This document shows, piece by piece, positions 11,717-26,135 of a stretch of DNA of 64,000 nucleotides. Source of the stretch: Octopus vulgaris (taxonomy: Eukaryota); the NCBI GenBank assembly GCA_951406725.2, contig OX597821.1, positions 44,268,001 to 44,332,000 of the forward strand. Reading direction: 5' to 3'. The translations under genes and the position numbers were made by a program. Each line of letters opens with the position of its first letter. The stretch's first letter is position 1. Under the pieces are notes generated by a model. It was not told the origin of the DNA. It did no database searches and saw only the letters and a program-made list of their open reading frames with translations.

Positions 11717-12047
11717 AGCTCCGGCGTCTGGCGACGGACTTGGTAAACACCCACAAGGTTATCAACCACCTCACCAACAACAACACTGAACACCTTTTTG
11801 ATCTCCATGTGTCTAACACACGTGGACATGCCTACAAAGTCAGAAAACAACACAGCTCCCATGACTTTCGGAAACATTTTTTTCACGCTCAGAGTTGCTG
11901 AAGCATGGAATAAACTGCCTGCGTCAGTTGTTGACTGCCATGGCACTGCATCCTTTAAGGCCCTCATGCTTTCCGAAATCCTTCGAAACTACACCTGATT
12001 ATATATACACTTTAGATGAGTTGTAGTGCACCTGAGCACTGTACACA

Positions 12048-12085
<38 letters not shown>
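11717..12085 (+). mobile_element. CR1/L2-group LINE 3' end with (ATT)n tail
   Basis: RRLATDLVNTHKVINH..NTRGHAYKVRKQ..RKHFF / LRVAEAWNKLPASVV..SFK is the CR1 ORF2 C-terminus, with one frameshift. Confidence 0.85.
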
Positions 12086-12086
<1 letters not shown>

Positions 12087-13384
12087 ACAAGCTATCATCA
12101 TTGTCATTTAATATCCATGTTCCATGCTGGCATAGGTTGAATGGTTTGGATTGGAACCAATGTGTCCAAGGAGTGCATCTAGCTCTAATTTGGTATGGTT
12201 TTAACAGCGGGATACACTTCCTTATACCAACCACTTTACAGCATGGATTGGGTGCTTTTTTTTTGTGCTGACTCTACTATTGGGATTGCCATGCAGATCA
12301 CAGGACTATGAACCATGGAGAAGGTAGGATGTTGGCTTCATGCTAAGGGACAAGGGGATTGTTATGAGGTTGGGGGAACAGAGCAGGTTCCTGTAGAGAG
12401 CTTTGCATAGCTATTCACATCTAGGAGAAAGGGGGAGAGAGAAAGAGGAAATGGTCTGTGGGAGCTGCAAAAGATAAATAATGGCGATTAAGTGCCCAAA
12501 TGGCCCCACAAGGCACAAGCTGAGTAAATGTGGGTGTACCCAATATCGCTATTCCCTCCTATCTCTCTATTTAACCATCTCATTATCTCTAAACACAGAT
12601 GACAGAGACGAATATAGAATAATAGATTCAGAGGCGTAACAACAGTGTGAAGTGATGAATTAATAAATTTTCTTGATCTGCTGCAAATTGCTATTGTTAG
12701 ATGAAATCTGCCATGTAGTGGGGTGCAAGGAACAATTAGTGCATCATCATCATCATCATTATCATCAACAGCAGCAGTAGTAGCATTACTACCACTACAT
12801 ATACACAAACACACACACACACACATATACACTCACACATACAAATATACATATATATGACAGCCTACTTTCAGTTTCCATCTACCAACACCACTCACAA
12901 GGCCTTAGTCAACCCCCATAGAAGACACTTGCCCAAAGTGCCACACAGTAGCTATGGGTCAAAAAGTTCACTTCAGCTTATACAGCTGGAGTATCCATGA
13001 CTACATCTCTGATGGAAAGTTTTCTCATTTACCCAACACAACAGATCATTAGCAGATATAATGAAATAGTTATTACAATAGCTCTTACTCAGAGTAGAAT
13101 ATTGAATATCAAAATTAAAATACATTTTTTTCTAAAGTGTTCATAAATTAAATGACATTCGTTTTTGTGGCTTATTAATACTGTCAGTAATTACATTGTG
13201 GTAATTAAAATTTTCGTCTTTAAACTTACATAATTTAAAAGAGTAAAAAATTGTGTTTTTATTCGTTTATAGTTTGAATCGTTAGTGATTAAATAAACAG
13301 AAATAATTAACGTTTAATCATCAGTGTACTCAGGTTTATAAACAAAGTAATGAAACTATGTGGGTGTGTGTGTGTGTGTGTGTG

Positions 13385-13439
<55 letters not shown>

Positions 13440-14763
13440 CAAACAGGCAGACAGACAGACCATCATTCCTTGAAGAGCAACAAAACAGTATTTTTATTTT
13501 CCTCTAAGTATGTTAGTTTCTTTCGGATGTTAACTTAAAGCATAACGGTATCTTAACTTTTCATGAGGCCTAACAACATCTATGTAGGTTAATTCAATTT
13601 AGTTTCAGAATACAGTTAAATCAATTTTAAAACCTCATCATACTTAATCCCTCTTTTAAGCCTTAATTCAATTAATTATTAATGTTTGGCTAAATTAATA
13701 AATCCTTATACTTTATCTTTTTACTAACTCAATTAAATCAGCTTGTATTATTTAATTAAGGTGTTATATTTAATATTTCCCTGTGTTATATTTTTGCTAA
13801 TTCAATTAATTATTATCTGTTTTGCAAAGAATATCATCTTTGTCTTAAATCAATTAATCCCAGTATTTATCTAGTCGTTAACACAATCAATTCTGTTTAC
13901 ATTAAACTGTATAAACATGTCAGGTTTATCTGACTAAACCTGCCCAAGGTAATCCTATAAAATACCTTTGCTTGTTGGTTTAAAGATTTGATACACTGCT
14001 TATAAGACGACAGTCTATAATAATTCACTGGTGAACAATTTCTGTACCATCACCAGTACTGTTAATTGTGTTTCTTAATGCAATAAAACCCTTCCATGGA
14101 CAAATATATCTCACTATTTGCACTGGTTCATTATACCATAGAACACAGCATACAGAAATTCATACATATTTATAAACATACATACATGGTGGTTATCAAA
14201 TCATACGCAAATATGACCATCACTAACAAATTACCTTATCCTAAATGCTAAAGGCAATAGCTGTTAGCAATACCTGTGCTGAAATTTAAAGTCAATAAAA
14301 GCTTGTACAATATCATTAAGATTTTCACCTAAAAACTGAGTTATCCAGAAAAAAACAAGTACAAGATTTCCAGCTTCACAAAGAACTGGGTGTTATTTCA
14401 TAGTTTCCTTCTCCAAGACCAGTGGTTCTATTCTGGGGTCCACATGACCCTTGAGGGTCCATATAAGATTTTGTTGCTAAAGTTTAGGTGCAATAGATTG
14501 CTTATACATCTACAGTATAAAATATTTTAACACTTTTTTTATACAATTCCTATCTTTTTTCTTTTTACTTTTTTTTTTGTTACTTTTTATCTTTTACCTG
14601 TTTAAGGAGCTCCTTCCCTACATTGAAAACTTCAAATAATTCAAAATAGAAGAGAACTTACATACATACACATACAAGCATATATAAATACAGGCAGATC
14701 CACACACACACACACACACATATATTTATACATACATACACACACACACATATATTTACACAT

Positions 14764-14794
<31 letters not shown>

Positions 14795-14810
14795 TACACA
14801 CACATACACA

Positions 14811-14894
<84 letters not shown>

Positions 14895-17604
14895 CATACA
14901 TACATGTATGTATGCATGCATATGTGCACACACATACATAAATAGGTATCAAAGAAGTGTATTTCAAACCAACAGTTGGGACACTAGTTTCCATTTTAAA
15001 GGTGATGTTTTTGCAAACAGGAACAGAGAGTAACAAAATACTTGATGTACAAAACAAGACAGACAGACAGGTAAAAAATACCTGAATATGATCATTAATG
15101 CAGACTCTATATAATTAACTCTAGGGTCATATAATATCTAACTCTTTCAATGTCATCCCAATATCATTTTAATATGAAGCATGATGTCATGGTCAGAACA
15201 TTGTATAATGTTTGGATGCATTGCATTGTATAATGCAATGTGTGGAAGGGTAAAATTGAGGTTGAAAATATATAAGAAATTACATGGATGTGGAGGGCAT
15301 GAGCATTCATGTGAAAGGATATTTGTGGTGTATTGTAATGAAGACCTTAATAAAGTGGAAGCATAACAGACCAGGTATAATAGTCTGGGAAAGAGGAAAG
15401 AAATTGCATGCAGTAACTGAAATAAATTACCCAGCTAATATTACTATCATCATTGTCATCATTTAATGTCTGTCATTCATGCTGGTATAGGTTGGATTGT
15501 TTGACAGTATCCTATGATCCAGAGGATCGTGCTGAGCTCCCATGCCTGATTTGGCATGGTTTCTATGGCTGGCTGCCTTTCCCAATGTCAGCTACTCTAC
15601 AGAATGTACTGCATGATTTTTCATGATACCGGTACCAGTGGGGTATAAATATAAGGCCAAAAATTAATGAAAATGAAAGCATCCATCGATGAAAAACCTA
15701 TAGTTATTCCACCTGGATTAAATAGATTGAGATTTATACCAACATATATTAAGATACTATACTGAGCAGCTTCTCCAAAGCAGCAAAGACACTGCTAATT
15801 AAGAAATTAGAAAGACAAGTCATTAACAGCATTGTGAAAATATGTTCATTTACAACCATCGTGTGATGTCTATACTAGGATACATAAAAACACATACACA
15901 CATACATATGTGTATGTATATGTGTGGTTGTGTATGTATGAAGGGCATTTTTTTCAGTGTGTCAACCAGATCTTCTCACAAGGCTTTGGTTGGCCCCCAC
16001 CAGGCTATAGTAGAAGACATTTTCTCAAGGTGCTACATACTGAAACTGAACCCAAAACTATATGGTTAGGAAGCAAGCTTCTTAACCACATAGCCATAAT
16101 TTATTGAAAGGTATGAAAATTACCAAAGTCTGTCCAATTTTAGAATTATTCTATTTTCTAAAAAAAATTCCCATAAATTCAATAAATAAACATTTATTTG
16201 TTTATTTTAAGTCTATTAAGTTTATTCTCCCTGAAACTAGTGATGGTGTGTAATTCCATCTGCCATTTTGCCGACATTCCCATCATGCTCTGAATTATTG
16301 ACTCCAGTTTGTTTAGAAATTTGAGAACCACTGATTATATTTTAGTAAGGAAATATTTGTCAATATTGAAACGATGTTCTACAAAACACTGCTTTTCAAC
16401 ATTTATTTATTTTTTATTTTTGGTAAAAAAAATTCTGTTTTCTAAATGTGAAAAGTAGAAGAATGTTTTTACCTTTTTTTTTCATTATTTTCTTTAAATT
16501 TTTGCGGAAACATAAAATTGATTGAAGAATATTTAATAATGATATACACACAACCACTACATACTAAATGGCATTTTATTAATAGTATTATCTTTCCATT
16601 GATGTATTAGAAACACCAGTTGCAGAGGGACAATACATTCACTGCAACTGCTCTACTATAAATAGTTCGGTATTCACTGCTTAGAGTTCAAATCACTGAA
16701 GGGAAGGACTTTATATTTTTTTCACTCTAGGTTCATTAAAATATATACCAGTAATATATTAAATTTGATTTAATCAACTTCACCAACAAAATGTGTCACA
16801 TCAAAAATCAATAATACATTTGCTATAAAGATTAATAGATGATATCACTTTGTTTGTTATGCTGTTTCTAATCAGTTATCATTTAACACAGTCTACATAT
16901 TATCTGTCATCTCAATCATAAGGTAGTGAGTTCAATTCCTGGACCAGGCTGAGTGTTGTGTTCTTGAGTAAGGCACTTTATTTCACGTTGTTCCAGTTCA
17001 CTCAGCTGTAGAAATGAGTTGTGACATCACTGGTACCAAGCTGTGTCTTCCATAATCTTGCCTGAACTTGTGCCTCAGTGGGGAACTTTCTAGATGCGAT
17101 CCCATGGTCATTCATGACTGAAGGGGGTCTTCTATATCACCTTATATAGTATAACCTAAAGAACATGGAATTAAGGTGATTGGGTGGTGATAAATGACAG
17201 AATATATAATAATTAATCAATTAGCATAGTGTATATACATATTATCAATATCATCATCCTCATCATTGGTTTAACTTCCCCTTTTTCATGCTTGCATGGG
17301 TCAGATGAGATTGTACAGGAGTAGAATTTTTATGGCCAGATGTTCTTCCTGATGCCAACTTTCACATGTTTCCAAACAAGTTAATAATCCTCTGTTTATT
17401 GAACAATAAACATCAAAGCATCATCATGTGGACAACTGGAAACAAATGATACCAAAGACTAAGGAAAATACACACACACACACACTCTCACATATATGTA
17501 TATACATATGTACATATAAGTATACATACATATATATACATGTGCATATGGGTATACATATATGTGTGTGTGTCTGTGTCTGTGTGTGTGTATATATATA
17601 TATA

Positions 17605-17890
17605 TAAGAGTTGAAGAATGAAGTAGATAAAATCTGGGCTACATGTGTTTCATACATTGTCACAAGGCGGTACATGTGTTAACATGCACCTTGTGACAAT
17701 GTAAACTTTTATTTAATCAAGATACCCATAGCCTGACGAGTAGCTTGCAGGATACATCTCACTTCTGAGGTTTCACTCACTATGAAACATATGTCGCCCA
17801 GATTTTATCCACTCCATTCCTCAACTCTTATCTTCTGATTCACATACTTGGCAACCCTGGTTGCCTACCATGAAATATTAAAAGAATTTT
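17605..17890 (+). mobile_element. Short PLE-like element with inverted terminal duplication and hammerhead-like motif (17731-17800)
   Basis: Arms 17605-17654 and 17781-17830 are reverse complements. Core reads GC CTGACGA GTAG...CTAT GAAAC ATAT GTC GC. Confidence 0.65.
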
Positions 17891-18037
17891 TCAGATTATC
17901 ATACTTTGATACAAAAAATCCACAACTCTCCTTCTCAATAAACCACTATTGTTCCTGAAAGTTGTTTTTTTATATTTACTATGGATTGCTTTAAAGCTAA
18001 CTTTCTTCCTACACCTCAATCCCTGGATCTTATATTT

Positions 18038-18071
<34 letters not shown>

Positions 18072-18436
18072 GATTGATTTCCAAACATTTACTGTCTACC
18101 AATTTAACTTACAAGGTTCTGGAAAATTTAAAGCTTATAGCAGAAAAAGACTTTGGTATAAGATGACAAGAAGTGTTTGAATCCTAAGCATTATGTGATT
18201 GAAAAGCAAACTTATTAACTACCCATCCATGCCTGCACTCATTCACTTCTATATAAACCCACTTACTGTATCAGTCTCTCAACCTCACGTTATAGTAGTG
18301 GTGGTGGTGGTGCTTGTACTGCTGCTGCTACTACAGGTGTCAATGGTAGTGGTGATGATAATGATGACGATGATGATGATGACATAGGGTTTGAATGCCA
18401 GCTTATGTTGACAATAATGATGTAACAATAACAATG

Positions 18437-18799
18437 CTTTCAAATTTTGGCACAAGTTTGGGAGGGGGGATGAGTCGTTTTCATCGCCCCCACCCCCCAG
18501 TGTTCAACTGGCACTTATTTTATCGACCCCTGAAAGGATGAAAGGCAAACTTGACCTTGGTGGAATTTGAATCCAGAATGTAAAGATGGATGAAATGATG
18601 CTAAGCATTTTACTCTTTTACTTGTTTCAGTCATTTGACTGTGGCCAAGCTGGAGCACCACCTTTAGTCAAGCAAATCGACCCCAGGACTTATTCTTTGT
18701 AAGCCTAGTACTTATTCTATTGGTCACTTTTGCCGAACCGCTAGTTTACGAGGACATAAACACACCAGCATCGGTTGTCAAGGGATATTGGGGGGACAA

Positions 18800-18833
<34 letters not shown>

Positions 18834-19030
18834 GTATACATATATGCGAGAGGCTTCTTTCAGTTTCTGTCTACCAAATCCACTCACAAAGCTTTGGTCG
18901 GGCCGAGGCTATATTAGAAGACACTTGCCCAAGGTACCATGCAGTAAGACTGAACCCGGAACCATGTGGTTCATAAGCAAGCTACTTACCACGTCCAACA
19001 TGCCAAAAATCCTGCCAGCTTGCTGCCTTA
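18437..19030 (-). mobile_element. SINE family B interrupted by a full SINE family A copy (18612-18990)
   Basis: Family B 3' part at 18437-18610 and its 5' end (AAGGCAGCAAGCTGGCAG on minus) at 18991-19030 flank a family A copy. Confidence 0.8.
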
Positions 19031-19105
19031 ATAATGATAATGATGATGATGATGATGATGATGTTGATGATGATGCAGTGACGGATAATGGCAATATTAG
19101 TAGTA

Positions 19106-19144
<39 letters not shown>

Positions 19145-20323
19145 TGGTTGGTGATTACATAATATCAGCAGAGTTTTAATTTCATTTATTTTATCATGAG
19201 ATTCCTAAAATACTGCAGAGATATTGGTTGCCATGTGGAGTGGAATCTAAAATGGAAAATATTCCCAGGTAATAAATGATGATTAGTGTTTGACAAATTA
19301 GTGGTAATTTGTCCCTAGGGATTAAACATGGCCAGATGATAAAGGAAAGCGAATTGAGTATGTAATTAGATAAGTAATAAGGATGTGCGACTAGAATTAA
19401 AGAAACGCAGTGGTCAGAGGGAGGCGGGGTGGTCCTCTGGGTATTTATTGATAAACCATTCTTGTGATGTGGAGAATGGTTTAATGTTCAATTACATACA
19501 CACACACAAATGCATACTCAGAGACACAAATGTGCATGTGTGCACGTGTAAACACACACATACGCGCATGTGCATACATATACATACGCACAAATTACTT
19601 CCAGTAATGATAAATAATGAGTAGATTCCCTCACTGAAATCTCTCCTCTGAAATGATCCAACCAACCACAACACCAAGGGCTATAATAAAATAACATAAA
19701 TACGTCCATTTACTTCTCGGACTCACATCTAAATTGTTCTCATTCCCTCTCTTTATCTCATTTTCTCTATCTTCCTATCTCTCTCTCTCCCATTTTCTCT
19801 CCTGCTCTTCCTCTTGCTCCCTCTCTTACAGTTGTCCTTCTTGTTTTCCTGGCAGATAAATAAGACAGAGGATGTTGTAGTGTTTAGTTCAAAGTGAATA
19901 CTCTCAACCCAAAACCACACAACAACACTGGAAGTATTTGATTCAAAAGAAGAGGGTTTGAGATTAAACCCTGTCTCTCTCTCAGTATTTTCAGTAATAT
20001 TTTCGAAGGAAGAAAGAGAGATGGAATCTGAGTGAGAGAAAGTGTGTGTATGAGGGAAAGAGTGTGCGTATGCGAGAAAGAGTGTGTGTGAGAAAGTGAG
20101 AGAGAGAGAGAGAGTGTGTGTAAGTGTGTGTATGTGTGTGGGAGAGAGAATGTAAAGTTTTATTTCCTTTCTTTCTTCTCAGCTTGATATGTCCAGTATA
20201 TATATATAAAAAAACCTGATATATTCATAAACCAGACTTGGTTGTATTAACAACTCTCAGATATAACACATCAAATATAGTTAGACATGCAAGAAAGGGC
20301 AGCACCAATCAACTTCTAAGTGG

Positions 20324-20481
20324 TAATATTTATCCCCACTTAAACATGAATGTTCTGTTAGAACAAACTATACTGCAATAGATACCATGAGAGAAACTCT
20401 CATGAGAGAAGCTCTAAGAGTATCTATTACAGTATAGTTTGTTCTAACCGAACATCTGCATTTAAGTGGAGATAAATATTA
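20324..20481. repeat. Imperfect inverted repeat, about 62-bp arms with 34-nt spacer
   Basis: 20324-20385 is the reverse complement of 20420-20481 with a few mismatches. Confidence 0.85.
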
Positions 20482-21004
20482 TCTCTCAGCATTAATACTG
20501 ATTCTGTCACTAATATATATTTTTTAACAAATTTTTCTACAAAATGGTGTGAGAAGTGGAGGCAGTTATCCTTGGACCAAAAACCACCTTTTCAATGTTT
20601 TCAACAGAGTGGACTGTACTAAAGACATCGATGGCAATGTGGTGGTGTTTGGCAGGGGATGGTGGTGGATTAATTGTTGTTCCTTGTAATAAAGAAGGAA
20701 ATTCTTTGCTTTGGATTGTTAATGTCTAAAGAATAGGTGAATGATGGTATTTGTTAATATCCCACTACCACCACCACCACCACCACCACCACCACTAATT
20801 ATCAGTTTAAAACATTATAATTGAAAAGATCTGTGTGAAGTATTTTCAATGGCATATAGAAAGATCCATAATTTACATGAATTGTTTTTTTGTCATTGAA
20901 AATTACATATAGGAGACATTCAGTTTGAAGCAATATCAACATGTGGGAAACATTCATGTGTAACATTATAAACATGTAGGCAACAACCATGCATCCTCCT
21001 TCCT

Positions 21005-21400
21005 GTTTGTCCATCATCATCAATGATGACCAAGGTCATTACATGGGAGAAGATGAGTCATGCTGTGTCCAGCTGTGGCCAATCAATCCAATGTGTGCTC
21101 AGAGGCTCTGCCACAAGTCACAAACTGGTGACCTGCTGGGAATGAAGGCTAGGAGTTGGCTCTGAACTTGTGCCTCTCGTGTTTTCTTTGTTCTGTTCAT
21201 AGAAGGTGGCACCTCTGTTGATGCAGCTATGACAGGCAGGGCAGCCTTCTTCTTACATTTCCCAGGTGTTTACATTTCCTGAAAGCACTTCAGTGAGTGT
21301 ATCTTTGAAGCATTTTTCTGTCCACTTTGTGTGCACTTTCCTTCTGCCGGTTTGCTATAAAACAATCTCTTGGGGAGTCATGTGTAATATTCATGTATAA
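21005..21400 (-). mobile_element. RTE (BovB-like) LINE 3' fragment, degenerate
   Basis: Minus strand shows decayed LPKRLFY...G.RK..KDTLK...WE..A...W..C..IGL.SH-like motifs and a short tail TTGGTCATCATTGATGATGATGGACAAAC. Confidence 0.6.
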
Positions 21401-23294
21401 CTTTATAATATGTAGGTAGCATCTGTAGGTAACATTAAAAACAATATAATGTAATCTATACATCCATGTGTATAGTTTACACATGAATGTTTTCTATATT
21501 ATCCATCAACCTTTTGTTTTTAAATCAGCTTTTTCCATGACAACATGGATTGGACAGGACATTTTGAGGCAGTGTTTCATACGTAAAAACCTCACCTGAT
21601 GTAAAGCAATTTAACCATCTCATACAACACAAAGAGTTACAATGTTACCTATTCTAAGAAGCAGAATGTACATATTAAATAAGTTATAATGTCTTATAAT
21701 TCACATATGAGCTTCTAAATATCTAATAACACACATGTAAGTTACATTTACTAATTCAAAGATGAGTTATAATGTCTAATAACTCACATATAGAATTTAT
21801 GTTTGTGAAGCAGTATTATCAAGATTGATAAGATCCATACATATTACAAATGGTTACATAGAAAAGATCCATGTGTAAGAAAGAAAATAACTTCAGTAAG
21901 AAGTTTATAATAATACTAACAGATGGAATTAGGAAGCCTAACATATTGTGTAATTCAGTAAGGATAATGTAAGATAGGCTGAAAGGAAATGCAAGAAATT
22001 AAGCTATTGTGTTGGTAACAATAAACTCAAGCTGGAATATTAGAAAATAGTTATAAGGCTGCATTTTATTTGTTAAGTACTGCTTGATAATTCCAATGTA
22101 TCAATGTTTAATATGATTTCCGACATTTTCATAAGGATGACAAGTAAATGAACAGTATTCGTTAACATTATGCTAATTATATATAAATTGAAACAGCATT
22201 AACAACATCTGTAATTTAAAAGAATTTTTTAATGTTTTTGCCTACCAAAATCAAGAAGCATTTTCAGCATCTTGAACAAGAATAAAGCAGCAAAAGAGAA
22301 GAAAAAGAAAAAAAGACAATCAATACCATTATGTAAATGAAGGAATTACTATTACTATGAAGCAAATAATGGCAGACATAAATTATTTTGACTCCTTTAA
22401 AGAGAGAGAGAGAAATACATTTTTGTTATTAAAAATGTAAATTGACTAGACAGCACATTCATTTTAATGCCATTCTCTGTCTTTCAGTGTTCTCAGTGTC
22501 AAAAGATAACAACATTTTCTAATAGATTCTGAACATTAATACAGTATATTGCTTTTATTTTTAAGATGGACAGGGAGAGATGAAATAATTTAAAATTTAA
22601 CTGCTTATGTTCTTTACTTAAGTGGAGACAACATGGTTGGAGAAGTGGGTGTGGGGAAACATTATTATATATAAGCATTATTATAATTTCTTATGTTTAG
22701 TTAGATGTAGAAAACATGAGTGAAGATGGATGGGGAACAAGAATTATTTTATATAGGTGGTATTATATAATTTAACTGGTTATGTTGTTTAGTCAAGTAT
22801 TGAAGATGAAGGGAGAAGAATAATTATATCTAGTGAGTATTATTATTAATAGTAGTACAGATGGTAAGGACATATGAGAATATTATTCTTGATTTTTTTC
22901 CCCTTATGAAATTGTTTATTCTTTGTTCTGTTACTGGTTTCAATCAGTGGACTGTGGTCATGCTGGAGCACCATCTCAAAGGGGGTTTAGTTGATTGTAT
23001 CAACTCCAGTATTTTGTTCAGCTTGGTACATAATTTATCGATCTCTGGTTATTGAATCATTGAAGTATGCTTTTTTGGCACAGCATTGGCTTTACATAAA
23101 TATAGGTACACACACACATGCATGTGCAGAGGGTGTGTGTATGTTATGTCTCAAAAAGTTAACACTCCTGTCTTGCCTAGTTTAATCCCAATCCATCCCA
23201 TGGTATGGAGTTTTGTTAAGGCCAAAGATTAATATAGCAATAACTATATAATTACCCTCAGTACATAAAGAGACTTTGATGTTAATTCCTAGGG

Positions 23295-23531
23295 CTTACA
23301 AGGGAGTGTGGAACTCTAGTGTAACCATAACTAGGTAGCCGCAGTGTAGTGTATCTACCCATAACTAGGAAATGGGATAGTTGTAGCGTATTGTACTTAT
23401 CCATTACTAGGAAATGTAGTAGTGTTGTGTACGTATAACTAAGGAGAGTGGAAGTGTAATGAATCTATAACTAGGGAGTGTTGAAGTACAGTGTACCTAT
23501 CTAATAACAAGCTAGTGTGTAACAGGAGTGT
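23295..23531. repeat. Degenerate minisatellite, about 30-40 bp units anchored on ATAACTAGG
   Basis: About 6 recurrences of [C/T]ATAACTAGG...GTGTAGTGTAC; resumes after the SINE at about 23940. Confidence 0.6.
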
Positions 23532-23919
23532 GGTGGAAGCACTCCGTCGGTTACGACGATGAGGGTTCCGGTTGATCCGAATCAACGGAACAGCCTGCTC
23601 GTGAAATTAACGTGTAAGTGGCTGAGCACTCCACAGACACGTGCACCCTTAACGTAGTTCTCGGGGATATTCAGCGTGACACAGAGAGTGACAAGGCTGG
23701 CGCCTTGAAATACAGGTACAACAGAAACAGGAAGTAAGAGTGAGAGAAAGTTGTGGTGAAAGAGTACAGCAGGAATCACCACCATCCCCTGCCGGAGCCT
23801 CGTGGAGCTTTTAGGTGTTTTCGCTCAATAAACACTCACAACGCCCAGTCTGGGAATCAAAACCGTGATCCTATGACCGCGAGTCCGCTGCCCTAACCAC
23901 TGGGCCATTGCGCCTCCAC
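23532..23919 (-). mobile_element. SINE family C, full length and young, with 12-bp target site duplication
   Basis: tRNA-like head GTGGAGGCGCAATGGCCCAGTGGTTAGGGCAGCGGACTCGCGGTC; CpGs intact; perfect TSD TAACAGGAGTGT at 23520-23531 and 23920-23931. Confidence 0.92.
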
Positions 23920-25520
23920 TAACAGGAGTGTACATATATATAACTAGTAGGTTTCATTATGTAGTACTGAGATCAAATTATCTTGTTTAAAGCTATGAAA
24001 AACTGGCATTTTTATTTGGAAACATTCTATGTTTCAACTGCTTGATGTTTGTTAAGGCTGAGATACTCTGCTGAACATTACTGCCCCTAGAATCATTTAA
24101 AATTTGCTTGTCTTAATAGTTTCTCATAATACTAAAGAGCCACTCTGCTACAAGAATTCTCAGGCATAGTCACCTTCATTGTAATCAAGAATCAAGAAAT
24201 GAATGACTGAAAATGTAAACACTTGGTAATATTCGTCACAGAACCACCATCTCTTTAGAATTATACCTTGCTTAATAATTTCATATTTGTTCTAGAATTC
24301 ACTCTTCCTCTATCATTACCATTTCTCTTGTAGGTTTTTCACCTCACACATCCTTTTTCTTTCTTGCCTCATTCGCAATTGTCAGTGATTATGCTCATGT
24401 CTTCTCAGCAATATTTTCCTGTCATTGTAATTTTTCTGTTTTATATACATATTACACTACTTTCTTATAATTACTTGCAAAGTCTATACACTAATTAATA
24501 ATTTATCTTTACTTTCCTACATTCAAAATAATTACAATTATTTTCCTGATAGCATTCTTAAAGAAATTACTTCCAATTTCACGTCACTTTCTACATAATT
24601 AGCTTTTTATTTTACATTAGAAAGATTTACCATTTCTTTTTTTTTTTTTTTTTAATATCGTTCTGGAACTATTCTGCTTTTCATTTTTGAACTCTTTCAG
24701 TATGGAAGCTTTCAAAATGTTTTTGTTGAAATGTAGAAGAAAATTAACAGACATTTTGTTTGTTTTATTTATTTCCAAAATGATTGGCCGTGATTTAATC
24801 TATAATTGAACCAAGATGCAATTTTTCTACAAATTTCTCTCATATTTTTCTTAGTAAGTAAAAACTGGAGTATTTATCTACGAAATTTATGCAGCATGTG
24901 ATATCTATTTGATAAACATCCAAAAACAACATAAAAACCGTTGTTAACACAAAAAATCCAGTAGCTAATTTAAGATAAATTACTTAATTACAGAAACTAA
25001 TTAACCTTTCCTTCCTCCAATTTCAATTTCATCTAAACTTTATACTTAGTCATAAAATTTTCTTTTTTAGACAATAAAGTCACTTGCCCTCTTTGAAATA
25101 GCAGCTAATTTTTTTAAAAGCTAAACCCTCTTTTCTAAGCAAAGAAAGTTCTGAGTGCAAGACAGGATGGCCATGGATGGAACACTTTTGAACAAGGCTT
25201 TCTTGATCAGAACAGAAGCAACACAACAACAAGTGACCTTTCTCTTTATAAAAGTATCCTTCAGTTCTTTTCTCAGTTCCCATGGCCCCTAAACTTTCCA
25301 TGTTTGTAATTGTTCTTTCTCTTTTGATTCTCTTTGATTTCACACTCATTCTTAAAAAACCATTATACACTCTTATCGTTATAGATACAATGAAACTTTG
25401 TTATAATGTCATGTTTGGACTCCATGCAAATGGAGCAAAATTTTGTTGTAGTTTTAAACAGTATTATTGTAATGAATTTTCAGTTTTAAGACTAACTCTG
25501 TCTCTCTCCTCACACACTTG

Positions 25521-26135
25521 CATGAGGGTAGGCTGAAAAGTTCAAGGACTGATTATGAAGGAGTGAGGTTAGAACTGTGAAATCTTGTATGCATTAAATT
25601 TTGCAGTGTTTCTCTCCAGGTAAACTAACATCTGACAGTTCAAAGAAAACTTCAAAAATTACTAGTAGTGACTTCTCTTCAAAATAGACAAAATTTGGCA
25701 TCAACATATTATCAAAATATTTGCAGAAAAAGGGTTTAGCCCCCTAACAACATTAATGCTGACATGGTTGCTATGTTAGGGGATGATACTCCAGCTTTAT
25801 CAACAGTGAAAAAGTGTACAGCTGAATTTGGGAGGGGAACGGAGGGTCATGAAGATGACCCAAGGTCTGGACATCTTACAACTGCCACCACTGAGGAAAA
25901 TATTGATCATGTTCACCACATGGTGATGCATGTCAAATGACTCCTATAAATCAAATAACCAAAGCTATTAGCATATTCCACGATGAAGTTAAGAATATCT
26001 GCACAGTGAACTTGGCATGATGATGGTTTATATTTAGTGGCTGCCATGTCTTCTGACACATGATCGAAAGCAGACCTGGCTGGTCACATCATAGGAAAAT
26101 CTGACATTGTTTGAGGCAGACCCTGCTAGTTTCCT
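25521..26135 (+). mobile_element. Mariner transposon 5' part (TIR plus transposase N-terminus), decayed
   Basis: TIR-like ATGAGGGTAGGCTGAAAAGTTC. Decayed frames read KYLQKKGLAP..ADMVAMLGDD..ALSTVKK..AEFGRG..EDDPRSG..TATTEENIDHVH and W(L)P.LLT.D.K..SRENLTLFEADP. Confidence 0.8.
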
